From: an uncultured virus (IMG/VR IMGVR_UViG_3300034418_003291)
Taxonomy: Duplodnaviria; Heunggongvirae; Uroviricota; Caudoviricetes
Length of the DNA: 64,000 bases
Reading direction: 5' to 3' (one strand)
Virus record (IMG/VR): IMGVR_UViG_3300034418_003291
This document shows positions 32,305-41,739 of the stretch, piece after piece. The notes beneath the pieces are model-generated. The model was given only the letters and a program-made list of their open reading frames with translations. It did not search any database and was not told the origin of the DNA. A program made the position numbers and the translations under genes. The first letter of the stretch is position 1; each line of letters opens with the position of its first letter.

Positions 32305-32739
32305 TTTAGCCTTATCGATTCCTGGAACATTGACGTTTGTTATTGCGATTGCTTTTCGTCTATCTTTCTTGTAGACTAGCATCCAATCCTTTCCTGCCTT
32401 CTTTCCATCTCTTTTAGCCTGTTCTATGAACTCCCATAGCTTGGACTTCCTGTTCAGCACATCGTCCAAGTTTACTTTGTAACCGTTCTTACACTCGATT
32501 ACAAACCTGAAATTTTGTGGAGTTATCAGGTCGCCATATACTTTAATATGCTCGGGAAGGGCATGGGTCGTAGCAAAAGCTCCCGATCCAGGAGACCTAC
32601 AAAAATCGGTTGTCTCAAAGGTTTCATTAAGAATCTTAGCCACTGAGTTCTCGTAGCGATTCCCTTTAGCCTTTCCATTAACCCTTGTTTTTCTTTTGGT
32701 GAAGTCACCATTAGAAAGAATATCTTCATAATCTTTCAT
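32233..32739 (-). CDS. Holliday junction resolvase-like PD-(D/E)xK nuclease
   Basis: KAKGNRYE..VA..L, RSPGSGA, GDL, VIECK motifs. Confidence 0.8.
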   Translation of the reverse strand: MKDYEDILSNGDFTKRKTRVNGKAKGNRYENSVAKILNETFETTDFCRSPGSGAFATTHALPEHIKVYGDLITPQNFRFVIECKNGYKVNLDDVLNRKSKLWEFIEQAKRDGKKAGKDWMLVYKKDRRKAIAITNVNVPGIDKAKLPGNCFLYQFDELIKLSKDIFFV

Positions 32740-32755
32740 AAACTATAATAGTAAT

Positions 32756-33061
32756 ATGGCGAAAGAAAAAACCGAAAAACTTTCAGGAACAAAAATTAAC
32801 TCCTCAGGCAGACGAATCACGATCCGCATCAAACTAGATCAAGAAGAGTCCGAAGGCTGGGAGCAGATCCTCCAAATGCTCTCAGGAGCAGGTGAGACTG
32901 TAAACGCAGATGAGCTTGCCAAGGCATTCCTCATGCGTGGTGCAAATGCGTTCCTGGCAGAACTTAGAGAAGTTGCCCAAAAAGCTCAGGAAGAGCAGGA
33001 AGGCAGCGAGCAAGAAGAATCTAAACTTATAGTACCGGATAGCAAAATCATTGTCCCATGA
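32756..33061 (+). CDS. Hypothetical protein, possible ribbon-helix-helix-like DNA binder
   Basis: RITIRIKL strand followed by two helices; TATAAT 6 nt upstream of ATG. Confidence 0.4.
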   Translation: MAKEKTEKLSGTKINSSGRRITIRIKLDQEESEGWEQILQMLSGAGETVNADELAKAFLMRGANAFLAELREVAQKAQEEQEGSEQEESKLIVPDSKIIVP

Positions 33062-33390
33062 GATCAGTAATTGAACTGTGTTCCGAAGAGGACGTAAACA
33101 GCGTCTTCAAGAACAAAGTGAACAAGGATTTTTATGTCCTCTACACCAGCCTTTGGCAAGAAACTTGTGAAAAGATCTCCGATCTCTTAGAAGATTGGAA
33201 AGATCAAGAAGGGGAGGAGACATTGTACGTCATCAACTCTTGGGATACCCCGGCTGCCTTTGCGTCGTATTCGATCACGGTAGCTCCTTCTTTGATGCAC
33301 GTTTCAGACGGAAAGATTAGTTCCGTGGACATAGAGTATCCTAAGATCTACGACTTCTTCAGCGTAGAGGAGACTACTCAAGAGGCTTAA
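33058..33390 (+). CDS. Thioredoxin-fold protein lacking CxxC
   Basis: VLYTSLWQETC (W-x-x-x-C, first Cys absent), Y.I...PSL (cis-Pro loop), DGK. Confidence 0.6.
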   Translation: MRSVIELCSEEDVNSVFKNKVNKDFYVLYTSLWQETCEKISDLLEDWKDQEGEETLYVINSWDTPAAFASYSITVAPSLMHVSDGKISSVDIEYPKIYDFFSVEETTQEA

Positions 33391-33757
33391 TAAAACCTTC
33401 AGGCGTCTTGTTCTCACCTTTTATATCTCTATATTCGTGCAGCTTCTCTTGATACCTTTTGTTTTTGGTATACTGAAGCTTGAGATGATTGAGAATAGAG
33501 GTGGTAAAGTAGTTGAAGGCTTTCCCTTTTTCTGGACTAAAGTTTGGAAGAATTTTTAAGATGAGCAAGAAACATTCTTGTTTTGCGTCATCGAAATCGA
33601 CTTTAAACTTGAAGCTGTGGATAATGCTGCTGATGAGTAGATCAAACATCTTGAAAATCTCCTCCTCAAACTGCTCAGGGTCTCTCTGGTAGTTAAGTAT
33701 TGTCTGCTCAAACTCCTTATTGTTTATATAGTGAGTTTTTTTCTTTTTGCTTGCCAC
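33374..33757 (-). CDS. gp55: Late-transcription sigma factor, T4 gp55 family
   Basis: HYINNKEF, DD..QEC, NF.PEK..AFNYFT motifs; GTG at 33757 is the likely start (ORF track extends to 33805). Confidence 0.85.
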   Translation of the reverse strand: MASKKKKTHYINNKEFEQTILNYQRDPEQFEEEIFKMFDLLISSIIHSFKFKVDFDDAKQECFLLILKILPNFSPEKGKAFNYFTTSILNHLKLQYTKNKRYQEKLHEYRDIKGENKTPEGFIKPLE

Positions 33758-33770
33758 GACTAATGTAAGT

Positions 33771-34745
33771 ATGGACCTACACAGTATTTCAGATAATTTC
33801 CGCAAAGAAGATATATTTCGTGAAGAAGTACGTCCCTCCGATATTCTGTTCCTTCACGAAAATTATATTGAGGACACCGTAAATAAAGAAGTACTACCGT
33901 ATACTCCAGCGGTATTGAAGACTCTCTTTGATTGTCTAAATGAGGCTGGTATACCTCCCGAAAAGTTTAACTGCTTGGGAGTCGTTAAGTGGGTTGGTGC
34001 ATCTGACCTAACCCTTCTCAACGAGGATATCGAAAAGTTCCGAGAGATGCTATGGGAAGATCTTGATAAGATCCAACCGAAAGTAATCGTAACCTTTGGA
34101 ACGGTCCCCCTTAGAATCATTAGTAAGCACCGCACCGTCGGTGAAAGGCAAGGTGTACCTTTTGAAATGGAGGATGAAAAAGGGAGAGTCATCAAGGTTC
34201 TCCCTACCTTCAACCCCATCTCTGTTCACAGCGAGCCTGTATACAGAACACAGTTTATCGAAGACTTGTTCAACGCGTACAACTGGCTACGAAGTGATGA
34301 CAGACCGAAGAGGTCTAAGAACTATTTTACAGCAAAGACTGTAGAAGAAGCTCTGGAAGTAATCAAGAAGTATGCGGAGTCTGAGGAATCCATAGCTATC
34401 GATATCGAGACAACTGGTCTTGACCACAAGCTAGACAAGATGCAGACCATCGGATTCTCTAACGCCAAGCATGAAGCAGATGTAATTCCTATACATCACC
34501 CAGAGGCGGACTTTAATGAAGATGAGATCCAGACGATCCTCACAGCCCTACAGGACGTATTCATCAACGGGGCTAGAAAGTATTTGCAGAACTGCAAGTT
34601 CGATATCAAGTTTCTTATGAACTCTGGTATCACTAGGTTCCGAAAGATCTACGATACACAGATACTACACTCTCTGATTGACGAGAACAGAAGGCATGGT
34701 CTCGCTTCAATTGTAAGACAATATTTTCCAGAAGAGGTAATGTAA
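33771..34745 (+). CDS. Split DNA polymerase, N-terminal part: degenerate family-4 UDG-like domain + 3'-5' exonuclease motifs I-II
   Basis: IQPKVIVTFG..PL and PTFNP (UDG-like); IAIDIETTG (ExoI), QNCKFDIKFL (ExoII), DTQILHSL.DE. Confidence 0.85.
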   Translation: MDLHSISDNFRKEDIFREEVRPSDILFLHENYIEDTVNKEVLPYTPAVLKTLFDCLNEAGIPPEKFNCLGVVKWVGASDLTLLNEDIEKFREMLWEDLDKIQPKVIVTFGTVPLRIISKHRTVGERQGVPFEMEDEKGRVIKVLPTFNPISVHSEPVYRTQFIEDLFNAYNWLRSDDRPKRSKNYFTAKTVEEALEVIKKYAESEESIAIDIETTGLDHKLDKMQTIGFSNAKHEADVIPIHHPEADFNEDEIQTILTALQDVFINGARKYLQNCKFDIKFLMNSGITRFRKIYDTQILHSLIDENRRHGLASIVRQYFPEEVM

Positions 34746-36346
34746 TGCTTACGGTAACTTCCCCTAACACTGTTGATTGGGAGAATATGCCCCTTGATGA
34801 GATGGCTTACGGTAATGCCATTGATTGCGATCTCACAAAGAGATGTGGCGATCTTATGGTTGATGAGCTAGATTATCTTGGCTGCCTAGATCTGTATGAG
34901 AACTGTTTGTCCTTGATCCTGCCCATCATGGCAGAAGTAGAGAACAAAGGTCTTCTTGTAGACACTGACGAACTAAATGATATCGCAAGTCTTCTAGAGA
35001 CAGAGATCGAAAGAATCGAAGACAAGATGTTTAACATTTTGCCCAAGGGTTCTTTTGAGAAAGGAGAAGTAAACTTTGCTTCCCCTAAGCAACTAGGAGA
35101 GGTCATGTTCAGCAGCAAAGGCTTGAAGATGACTCCTAGAATGTGGTCTGAAAAGACTGGCGAACCCTCCACTAGTGAGGCACACATTAAAGATCTCTCT
35201 AAGGATCTTCGCAGAGACAAGAAAGCTAACGAGAGTCGTATTGAGTTTCTTGATTGCTTGCTTGAATACCGCAAGCGTGTGAAGCAGTTCAAGACTTATG
35301 TTAACGGTATCAAGTCTGCTCTTGAGTACAACGGTGACGGTCGTGTGTACTCGCAATACAACTTCGCAACAGTTGTAACGGGCAGACTATCCTGCTCTGC
35401 ACCGCAAGTTAAAAAGCGTGTGGAAGGAAAGAGGGGGAAGGTCAACAAGATCTTCAAAAAGGGTGTGTCTTTCCACACGCTACCACGCCCAGACGAAGAA
35501 GGTAAGGATAGAGTTAACATCCGAGATATGTTTATCGCGGATAAGGGCTACACATTCCTAGCCGCCGACTATTCCGCAGCAGAGCTACGGGTTCTTGCTC
35601 ATGTGTCGCAAGAGCCTAACTTGATCCAAGCGTTTAAGTCTGGAGAAGACCTACACAAGTATACTGCAAGCCTAGTATACGGCAAAACAATCGACAAGAT
35701 CACAAAGAAGGAACGACAGATCGCCAAGAGCGTGAGTTTCCTAATTGTGTATGGCGGTGGTCCTGAGAAACTAGCTGACCAAGTAGGCATCTCAATCGAG
35801 GAAGCAAAGGATGTTTTCTTCAAGTTCTTCAAAGCTTACCCCGGCATTAAGTTCTGGATGGAAGCCACGGCTGCAAGCATTCGTGAGAAGAAGTATTCGG
35901 AATCAATCTTTGGTCGCCGTAGACACCTTCCTAATGTGGACTCCCCAAACAACAAGTTGAAGCATCAGGCTATACGACAAGGCATCAACTTCATCATCCA
36001 GAGCAGTGCTTCAGATATCATGCTTCACGGTATCCTTTCTCTGTATGCACGATCACGAAAGATTGGTCTAGAGATTTTGGCTACCGTACACGACTCCATC
36101 GAAGCACAAATCCCTCATGAGAAAATTTCTGAGGCTGCTGAAATTATGAGGTCTTCCTTGTCGGACACCTCAATATTTAAGAAGTTGTATGACATCGACT
36201 TTGCAGTCCCTATGGCTGTGGATGTAGAGATCGGCTCTTCTTTCGGAGACGTAAAGGAAGCCCATTTCGATGAAAAAGGAAACCTAACCAATGCCCAAGA
36301 ACTCAGCGAATATGTCCAGACAAAAGCGAATAGTCGTTCTTACTGA
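34745..36346 (+). CDS. polA: Split DNA polymerase, family A catalytic part (ExoIII + polymerase)
   Basis: YGNAIDCDLT (ExoIII), TGRLS, DYSAAELR (A), RQIAKSVSFLIVYG (B), TVHDS (C). Confidence 0.95.
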   Translation: MLTVTSPNTVDWENMPLDEMAYGNAIDCDLTKRCGDLMVDELDYLGCLDLYENCLSLILPIMAEVENKGLLVDTDELNDIASLLETEIERIEDKMFNILPKGSFEKGEVNFASPKQLGEVMFSSKGLKMTPRMWSEKTGEPSTSEAHIKDLSKDLRRDKKANESRIEFLDCLLEYRKRVKQFKTYVNGIKSALEYNGDGRVYSQYNFATVVTGRLSCSAPQVKKRVEGKRGKVNKIFKKGVSFHTLPRPDEEGKDRVNIRDMFIADKGYTFLAADYSAAELRVLAHVSQEPNLIQAFKSGEDLHKYTASLVYGKTIDKITKKERQIAKSVSFLIVYGGGPEKLADQVGISIEEAKDVFFKFFKAYPGIKFWMEATAASIREKKYSESIFGRRRHLPNVDSPNNKLKHQAIRQGINFIIQSSASDIMLHGILSLYARSRKIGLEILATVHDSIEAQIPHEKISEAAEIMRSSLSDTSIFKKLYDIDFAVPMAVDVEIGSSFGDVKEAHFDEKGNLTNAQELSEYVQTKANSRSY

Positions 36347-37349
36347 CCTGCATATAAGGTGTGATTACTATCATGGCTATCTGGAAGCTCAGATAGATAC
36401 CCTAACTAGGCTAGTAAACAGTAAGCCTACCGACATTGTAATTATAAACGGGGATATCTTCCACAAGAGAAACCCCAAAGGACAGGAGCTTCTAGCTTTT
36501 CAGACTCTTCTGGACGGTTTTAAATGCTCGGAGATTATCATTAACAGAGGTAATCACGATACCGTAAGAAAGGGAGATAGCACCGAAACAACCCTGTCCT
36601 TGTTTAGGGACAAGGCTCAGATCTGTGTAGACAGAGAGCGTGTCCATATTGCAGGGCAAGACTTTCACATCATCCCCCACTTTGAAGACGATGAGAAGCT
36701 GATCGAGTATCTCAAAGAGGCAAGCTCTGAGAAGGCTAATGTCTTTGGTCACTTTGGCTTTGACGGTTGCGTGTCAAACGGAGCTTATGCTTATGACTCG
36801 TACATCAAGAAGTCTCATGTCAGACCCAACAAAGATGGGTTCGCATTCCTAGGACACATCCATGTTCCAAAGATTTATAATGAAAATATCTACCTCCTTG
36901 GTACACAGTATACGACCTGCTTTGGAGAAGCAAACAGAACTCTTTACTGTCACGATATCGTGATCGATAAGTCTGGTATGAAGGTGAACAGAACTCCTAT
37001 TGAGTTCGGCATCAAACACTTCCAATGCCACCTTGAAGAGTTGCCACAGTTATCTAAAAAGTTCAACTTCAAGAACTTTTATAGTTTACTGAGACTCAAG
37101 CTAGACCACATGGACGGTGGTGTAGAAGAGGAACTCAAGAACAATATCTTTTCTAAGTACGATATTAACCAACTGGAGATTGTCTTTGAAGACATCCTAC
37201 CAAAGTTTGGTTCTGGTCACGTCCCTCATGCGAGGATTACAACTATTGACGATGACCTTATCGACAAGTACATCACCGAAAGCGATTCTATCTTTAGCAG
37301 ATCTGAGTTGCTAGACGGCTTGAATAAAGTTCGATCCTATGAAGATTAA
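36312..37349 (+). CDS. gp47: Mre11/SbcD-like recombination nuclease
   Basis: DLH, GDIFH, GNHD, GH, GHIH metallophosphoesterase motifs; upstream of gp46. Confidence 0.9.
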   Translation: MSRQKRIVVLTDLHIRCDYYHGYLEAQIDTLTRLVNSKPTDIVIINGDIFHKRNPKGQELLAFQTLLDGFKCSEIIINRGNHDTVRKGDSTETTLSLFRDKAQICVDRERVHIAGQDFHIIPHFEDDEKLIEYLKEASSEKANVFGHFGFDGCVSNGAYAYDSYIKKSHVRPNKDGFAFLGHIHVPKIYNENIYLLGTQYTTCFGEANRTLYCHDIVIDKSGMKVNRTPIEFGIKHFQCHLEELPQLSKKFNFKNFYSLLRLKLDHMDGGVEEELKNNIFSKYDINQLEIVFEDILPKFGSGHVPHARITTIDDDLIDKYITESDSIFSRSELLDGLNKVRSYED

Positions 37350-38952
37350 TAGAGTAGAAATAGAAAACTTTCTTTCGGTCCAAAAGGCTACAATCGACTT
37401 CGATAAACTAAGCAATCTAGTTCTTGTTAAAGGCAGGAACAAAGATGTAAAGCCAGAGTCATCTAACGGTGCTGGTAAAAGCACTATCATCGAAGCGGTT
37501 GTGTTTGCACTGTTCGGAAAGACCCTCCGTAAGACTTCTGCAAAAAGCCTCAAGAACTTTAACACGAAAGGTAAGTGTAGCGTAAAGCTGACCATCAACG
37601 ATAACATAGTTATCGAAAGAGTCAAAAGTCCGCCTCAACTGAAACTCCACATCAACGGAGTAACGGAGATCCAGGACTCCATAGCGTCTACACAGAAGCG
37701 TCTTGAGTCTCTGCTCAACACGAATATCAACATCTTCCTAGCTTCTATGGTGTTCGGACAAGAGAACAGCATGAGCTTTCTCACAGCAACCCCGGAAGAG
37801 AAGAGAGATATCCTACAAAGCTTTCTGAATATGCAAGAACTGTTTGCACACAGGACTGCGATTAAAAAGCTCAAGTCGCAATACACAGCAGACAAAAAAG
37901 TCAAAACTGCGTTGCTGTCCGAAACCAACGGAAGGATTACTGAGATCTCGGATAAGCTAAAGACTCTCCGTAAATACAGAGAGGACTATAACAAGCTGAT
38001 GACTAAGGATCAGAAGTCCTTTCTAAGAAAGCATTCTATGTCTGAGATAAGAGAACTTGAAAAAGTCAAAACTCAGAAGGAGCAACAGCTACACAAACTA
38101 GAGCTAGATTTACAGTCCTTGAACAAGGAGATAGTTTACAACAAAGCTCGCATCGATGCTTTGGAAGACTTCAAGTGCGAGCATTGTGGAAAGCAGTCAT
38201 CTGATACAGAGCTAACAATCTCAAACTTGTTTAATGCGGTCAAAGAAAACTCTGAAAAGAAAAAGAAATTAAGTAAAGATATCGAATCTCTTAAGAAGAA
38301 GATAGACGATATCTCTATCCCTATCTCCGATAGAGAACTAGATGTTGCTGAACAAATCAAAGACAGCAGCAACAAGATCTCGTTGCTCAACGATGACAAG
38401 AAATCAAAGAAGAAAGATGCTTTAAAATACGGAAAAGATCTGGCTGACCATAACAAAGATTATGAAATTATGCGGTTCTGGGAACAAGCCTTCTCGGAAT
38501 CTGGCATGGTAAAATTCGTTATCCAGAACATATTGTCGTTTTTTAATGACAGGGCGAACTTTTATCTTAGTACGATCACCAAAGGGGTGTTCACCGTAGA
38601 GTTCAACGAGACTCTAGAGGAACAACTTTACAATAACGGTACTGAGTGTTTCTTCGACTCACTTTCTGGAGGAGAGAAGAAGAGGATATCTCTAGCCGTA
38701 ACTCTAGCCCTTAACGATCTTTTAGTACTTTCTGGAAAAGAAAGATCCAATCTAATCTTCTTTGATGAAGTCGCTGATTCTCTAGACGAGGTGGGGATGA
38801 AGGGACTCCATGAGCTTATCGAAGAGATCACAAAAGAGAAGAAACTCTTTTTGATCACCCACGATGAGTATTTATTATCCTTGGTAGAGGATGATGCAGA
38901 AGTTTTAGATGTCATAAAAAAGAACAAAATAACCTCATATAGCCGTAGATAA
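37339..38952 (+). CDS. gp46: Rad50/SbcC-like recombination ATPase
   Basis: NGAGKS Walker A, CEHC zinc hook, LSGGE signature, FFDE Walker B, ITH. Confidence 0.93.
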   Translation: MKINRVEIENFLSVQKATIDFDKLSNLVLVKGRNKDVKPESSNGAGKSTIIEAVVFALFGKTLRKTSAKSLKNFNTKGKCSVKLTINDNIVIERVKSPPQLKLHINGVTEIQDSIASTQKRLESLLNTNINIFLASMVFGQENSMSFLTATPEEKRDILQSFLNMQELFAHRTAIKKLKSQYTADKKVKTALLSETNGRITEISDKLKTLRKYREDYNKLMTKDQKSFLRKHSMSEIRELEKVKTQKEQQLHKLELDLQSLNKEIVYNKARIDALEDFKCEHCGKQSSDTELTISNLFNAVKENSEKKKKLSKDIESLKKKIDDISIPISDRELDVAEQIKDSSNKISLLNDDKKSKKKDALKYGKDLADHNKDYEIMRFWEQAFSESGMVKFVIQNILSFFNDRANFYLSTITKGVFTVEFNETLEEQLYNNGTECFFDSLSGGEKKRISLAVTLALNDLLVLSGKERSNLIFFDEVADSLDEVGMKGLHELIEEITKEKKLFLITHDEYLLSLVEDDAEVLDVIKKNKITSYSRR

Positions 38953-39246
38953 ATGACCAAACCTATCAATATTAGACCTTATAAAGATCGTCTTCTCATC
39001 TTCCAAAAGGAGATGCCTAAGGAATCAGCAGGAGGTATCATCCTGCCTCCAAGCTCCGCAGGAAAGAAAGTTAACGAAGGGGTTGTAATCTCTAAAGGAC
39101 ACGATGTTTCGGATAATATTTCAGAAGGCGACTATGTTATTTTTGGAGAATACGACGGAGAGCCGTTGAAATTTGGAGGAGAGGAGTATCACCTAATCAT
39201 TGAAGAGGACATTAGAGCAGTACTAGAACAAGAAGATGGAAATTAA
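38953..39246 (+). CDS. groES: Co-chaperonin GroES (Cpn10)
   Basis: IRPYKDRLL, SAGGIILP, GD.VIF.EY.G, EEDI.AV. Confidence 0.92.
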   Translation: MTKPINIRPYKDRLLIFQKEMPKESAGGIILPPSSAGKKVNEGVVISKGHDVSDNISEGDYVIFGEYDGEPLKFGGEEYHLIIEEDIRAVLEQEDGN

Positions 39247-41137
39247 AGAGAACTCATTAAGCGAAACTATTTTTCGGGACAAGTATGCCTTCCCCGGTGA
39301 GACCAAGTGGAAGGAGTTAGCCAGACGGGTTTCAAAATCAGCGGCTATCGCTGAACAACCCGAAGATGTAGCAAACACAGAGAAGAAGTTTTTTGACGCT
39401 ATTAACTCGGGAGACTTCTGTCCTGGAGGCAGGATTCTATTTGGATCGGGAAGACCAAAACAGAACCTACTTAACTGCTATGTTCTAGATCCAGAGGACA
39501 GCGTTGACAGCATTTCAAAGACCATCGCGGATATGTACAAGATCTCCTGCGGAGGTGGCGGTATCGGTTTCAACTTCTCAAAGATTCGTCCCAAGGGCGA
39601 TGACATCTCAAACATCCCCAATAGCGCACCAGGATCTATTTCTGTAATGCGTATGGTCAATGAGATCGGAAACCATGTACGCGCTGGTAAGAATCGTAGA
39701 ACCGCTCTCATGGCGATCCTCAATGTTGGTCACCCAGACCTCCTTGAGTTCCTAGAGGTCAAGCTAGATCGTGGAGAGCTTACCAACTTTAACATCTCAG
39801 TAGCCATCACCAACCGCTTTATCGAAGCTGTTGAAAACGACGAAGAATGGCACTTTACTTTCGGCGGTAGACACCAGAAGTATTACCGCTATTCTGTAGA
39901 GCGAACTTCAAGCGGTGAAATGGAAAAGATTCATGTCGTGGCTAAGTCAGAAGAAGACGCCTTGAATCGTGCAAAAATCCATCACCTAAAGAGCTTTGAT
40001 GATACTTTTGATAACGCTGTGCATGATCCCCTTATGGCAAAGACCGTATGGGATATGTTAGTTACCAACGCTATTGAATGCGGCGAACCAGGAATCTTTA
40101 ACATCGATTTTGCTAATGAATACACCAATGTCTCTTATGCAGAGTATATGCCAAGCACTAATCCCTGCGGCGAAGAAGTTCTCCCAGCTTATGGTAACTG
40201 TTGCTTGGGTCATATTAATCTTGCGAACATGGTCAGCGATGATGGCATTATTGATTGGAAACGCCTTGCGAGAACAGTTCGTACTGGTGTTCGCTTCCTT
40301 GATAACATTCTCACCGTAAACCATTTCCCAATCCCAGAATGCCGAGAAGCTGGTATGAGAACTCGTCGTATCGGTCTAGGTGTTACTGGCTTCCACTATA
40401 TGCTTATCAAAGCTGGATACAGGTACGGCAGTGAAAGTTGCGTAGAGTTTACGGAGCGTCTGTTTGATACCATTCGTAACGAGGCTTACAAAGCATCTAT
40501 GTACTTAGCAAGAGATAAAGGATCTTATGAGGCATATGACTGGCACAAACTCAAGCAAGAAAAATACTTTAAGACACTCCCTTCTAGAATCCGTTATGAT
40601 ATTCGTAGATACGGTCTTCGTAACGGTGTCATTCTCACTGTTGCTCCTACTGGTACTATCAGTATGGTCCTTGGGGTGTCTACTGGCATTGAGCCTATCT
40701 TTGCTCCAATCTATCGCAGACGCTGGAGAACGGGTACTGATGGCGTTTGGAATGAAACGGTCGTAGTAGATCCTTTGTTCAAGGACGCTTTCTTGCGAGG
40801 AAAAGATCTTTCACACATTGTAGGTGCTTATGATGTAAGCCCTGAGGAGCATATCAAGATGCAAGCTGTCATTCAATCCCGTATTGATTCAGCCGTATCA
40901 AAGACTTGCAACCTATCAAAGGACTTTGAAGTCACCGAAGATGTGAAAGAAACTCTTCTTGAATATGCCCGTGAGATGAAAGGATTTACCTTCTACAAAG
41001 CTGGCTCCAGAGGCAACGAACCTCTGGAAATTATCAGCCAACATGATGTAGACTTGGATAAGATTATTCACGAAGAGAAGGTAGAGTTCGTCACAGAGTC
41101 GAGAGACGATTGTGCTACAGGAGCGTGTGAACTATAA
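39236..41137 (+). CDS. nrdJ: Ribonucleotide reductase, class II (adenosylcobalamin) type
   Basis: PGGRIL, NCY, TNPCGE, CCLG, VAPTGTIS, C-terminal CATGAC; no ATP cone, no adjacent nrdB. Confidence 0.85.
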   Translation: MEIKENSLSETIFRDKYAFPGETKWKELARRVSKSAAIAEQPEDVANTEKKFFDAINSGDFCPGGRILFGSGRPKQNLLNCYVLDPEDSVDSISKTIADMYKISCGGGGIGFNFSKIRPKGDDISNIPNSAPGSISVMRMVNEIGNHVRAGKNRRTALMAILNVGHPDLLEFLEVKLDRGELTNFNISVAITNRFIEAVENDEEWHFTFGGRHQKYYRYSVERTSSGEMEKIHVVAKSEEDALNRAKIHHLKSFDDTFDNAVHDPLMAKTVWDMLVTNAIECGEPGIFNIDFANEYTNVSYAEYMPSTNPCGEEVLPAYGNCCLGHINLANMVSDDGIIDWKRLARTVRTGVRFLDNILTVNHFPIPECREAGMRTRRIGLGVTGFHYMLIKAGYRYGSESCVEFTERLFDTIRNEAYKASMYLARDKGSYEAYDWHKLKQEKYFKTLPSRIRYDIRRYGLRNGVILTVAPTGTISMVLGVSTGIEPIFAPIYRRRWRTGTDGVWNETVVVDPLFKDAFLRGKDLSHIVGAYDVSPEEHIKMQAVIQSRIDSAVSKTCNLSKDFEVTEDVKETLLEYAREMKGFTFYKAGSRGNEPLEIISQHDVDLDKIIHEEKVEFVTESRDDCATGACEL

Positions 41138-41739
41138 TGGGTTGCATTCATCACAGTAAGAAAGGAGTGTTCAACAAGAGTACCCAAAAGCTAGAATACT
41201 TTTGTAAAGACTGTGGTGAACCTGTGGAGAAAAAGAAGAAAGGAATCTTCGCGGGGGACACTAACACAGAAGAGTTTACAGAGTTTACATTTGAATGTGA
41301 AAACAACGAATGTGAAATTGAATACTTTGAACTTGACTTAGAAGAACCTCCCGCAAAGATTCCTCATTATAAGTCCTGCCCAAACTGTGGCGGTCGTTCT
41401 GACTATACTCCCCAGATACAGATATGGCATACTGTTCAGGGAGAAGGTTCAGGAACTAAACTTAACATAGAGGACAGGAAGGAATACGAAAGAAAATGGA
41501 TAGAAACCGAAGTTGAAAACACAAGAAAGCAAGTCGATACAGGTGGGGAAGGAGGTGCTTCTCCTTACGCCAAGTATACGATGAACAAAGAACATTTAGC
41601 AAAACAAGGAAGACTAAAAAGAGTTTCAAAGAAAACAGCTAACGAAAGAATGAAAGCAGGAAAAAAAGTAGCCTTGGAAACCTCCAAGGTTATGTCCGAA
41701 AACGATAAAAGATTTACAGGAAAAAGACACGATGGTTAA
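41137..41739 (+). CDS. Zinc-ribbon protein (FmdB-like)
   Basis: CKDC, CENNEC and CPNCG Cys clusters; basic C-terminus. Confidence 0.55.
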   Translation: MGCIHHSKKGVFNKSTQKLEYFCKDCGEPVEKKKKGIFAGDTNTEEFTEFTFECENNECEIEYFELDLEEPPAKIPHYKSCPNCGGRSDYTPQIQIWHTVQGEGSGTKLNIEDRKEYERKWIETEVENTRKQVDTGGEGGASPYAKYTMNKEHLAKQGRLKRVSKKTANERMKAGKKVALETSKVMSENDKRFTGKRHDG

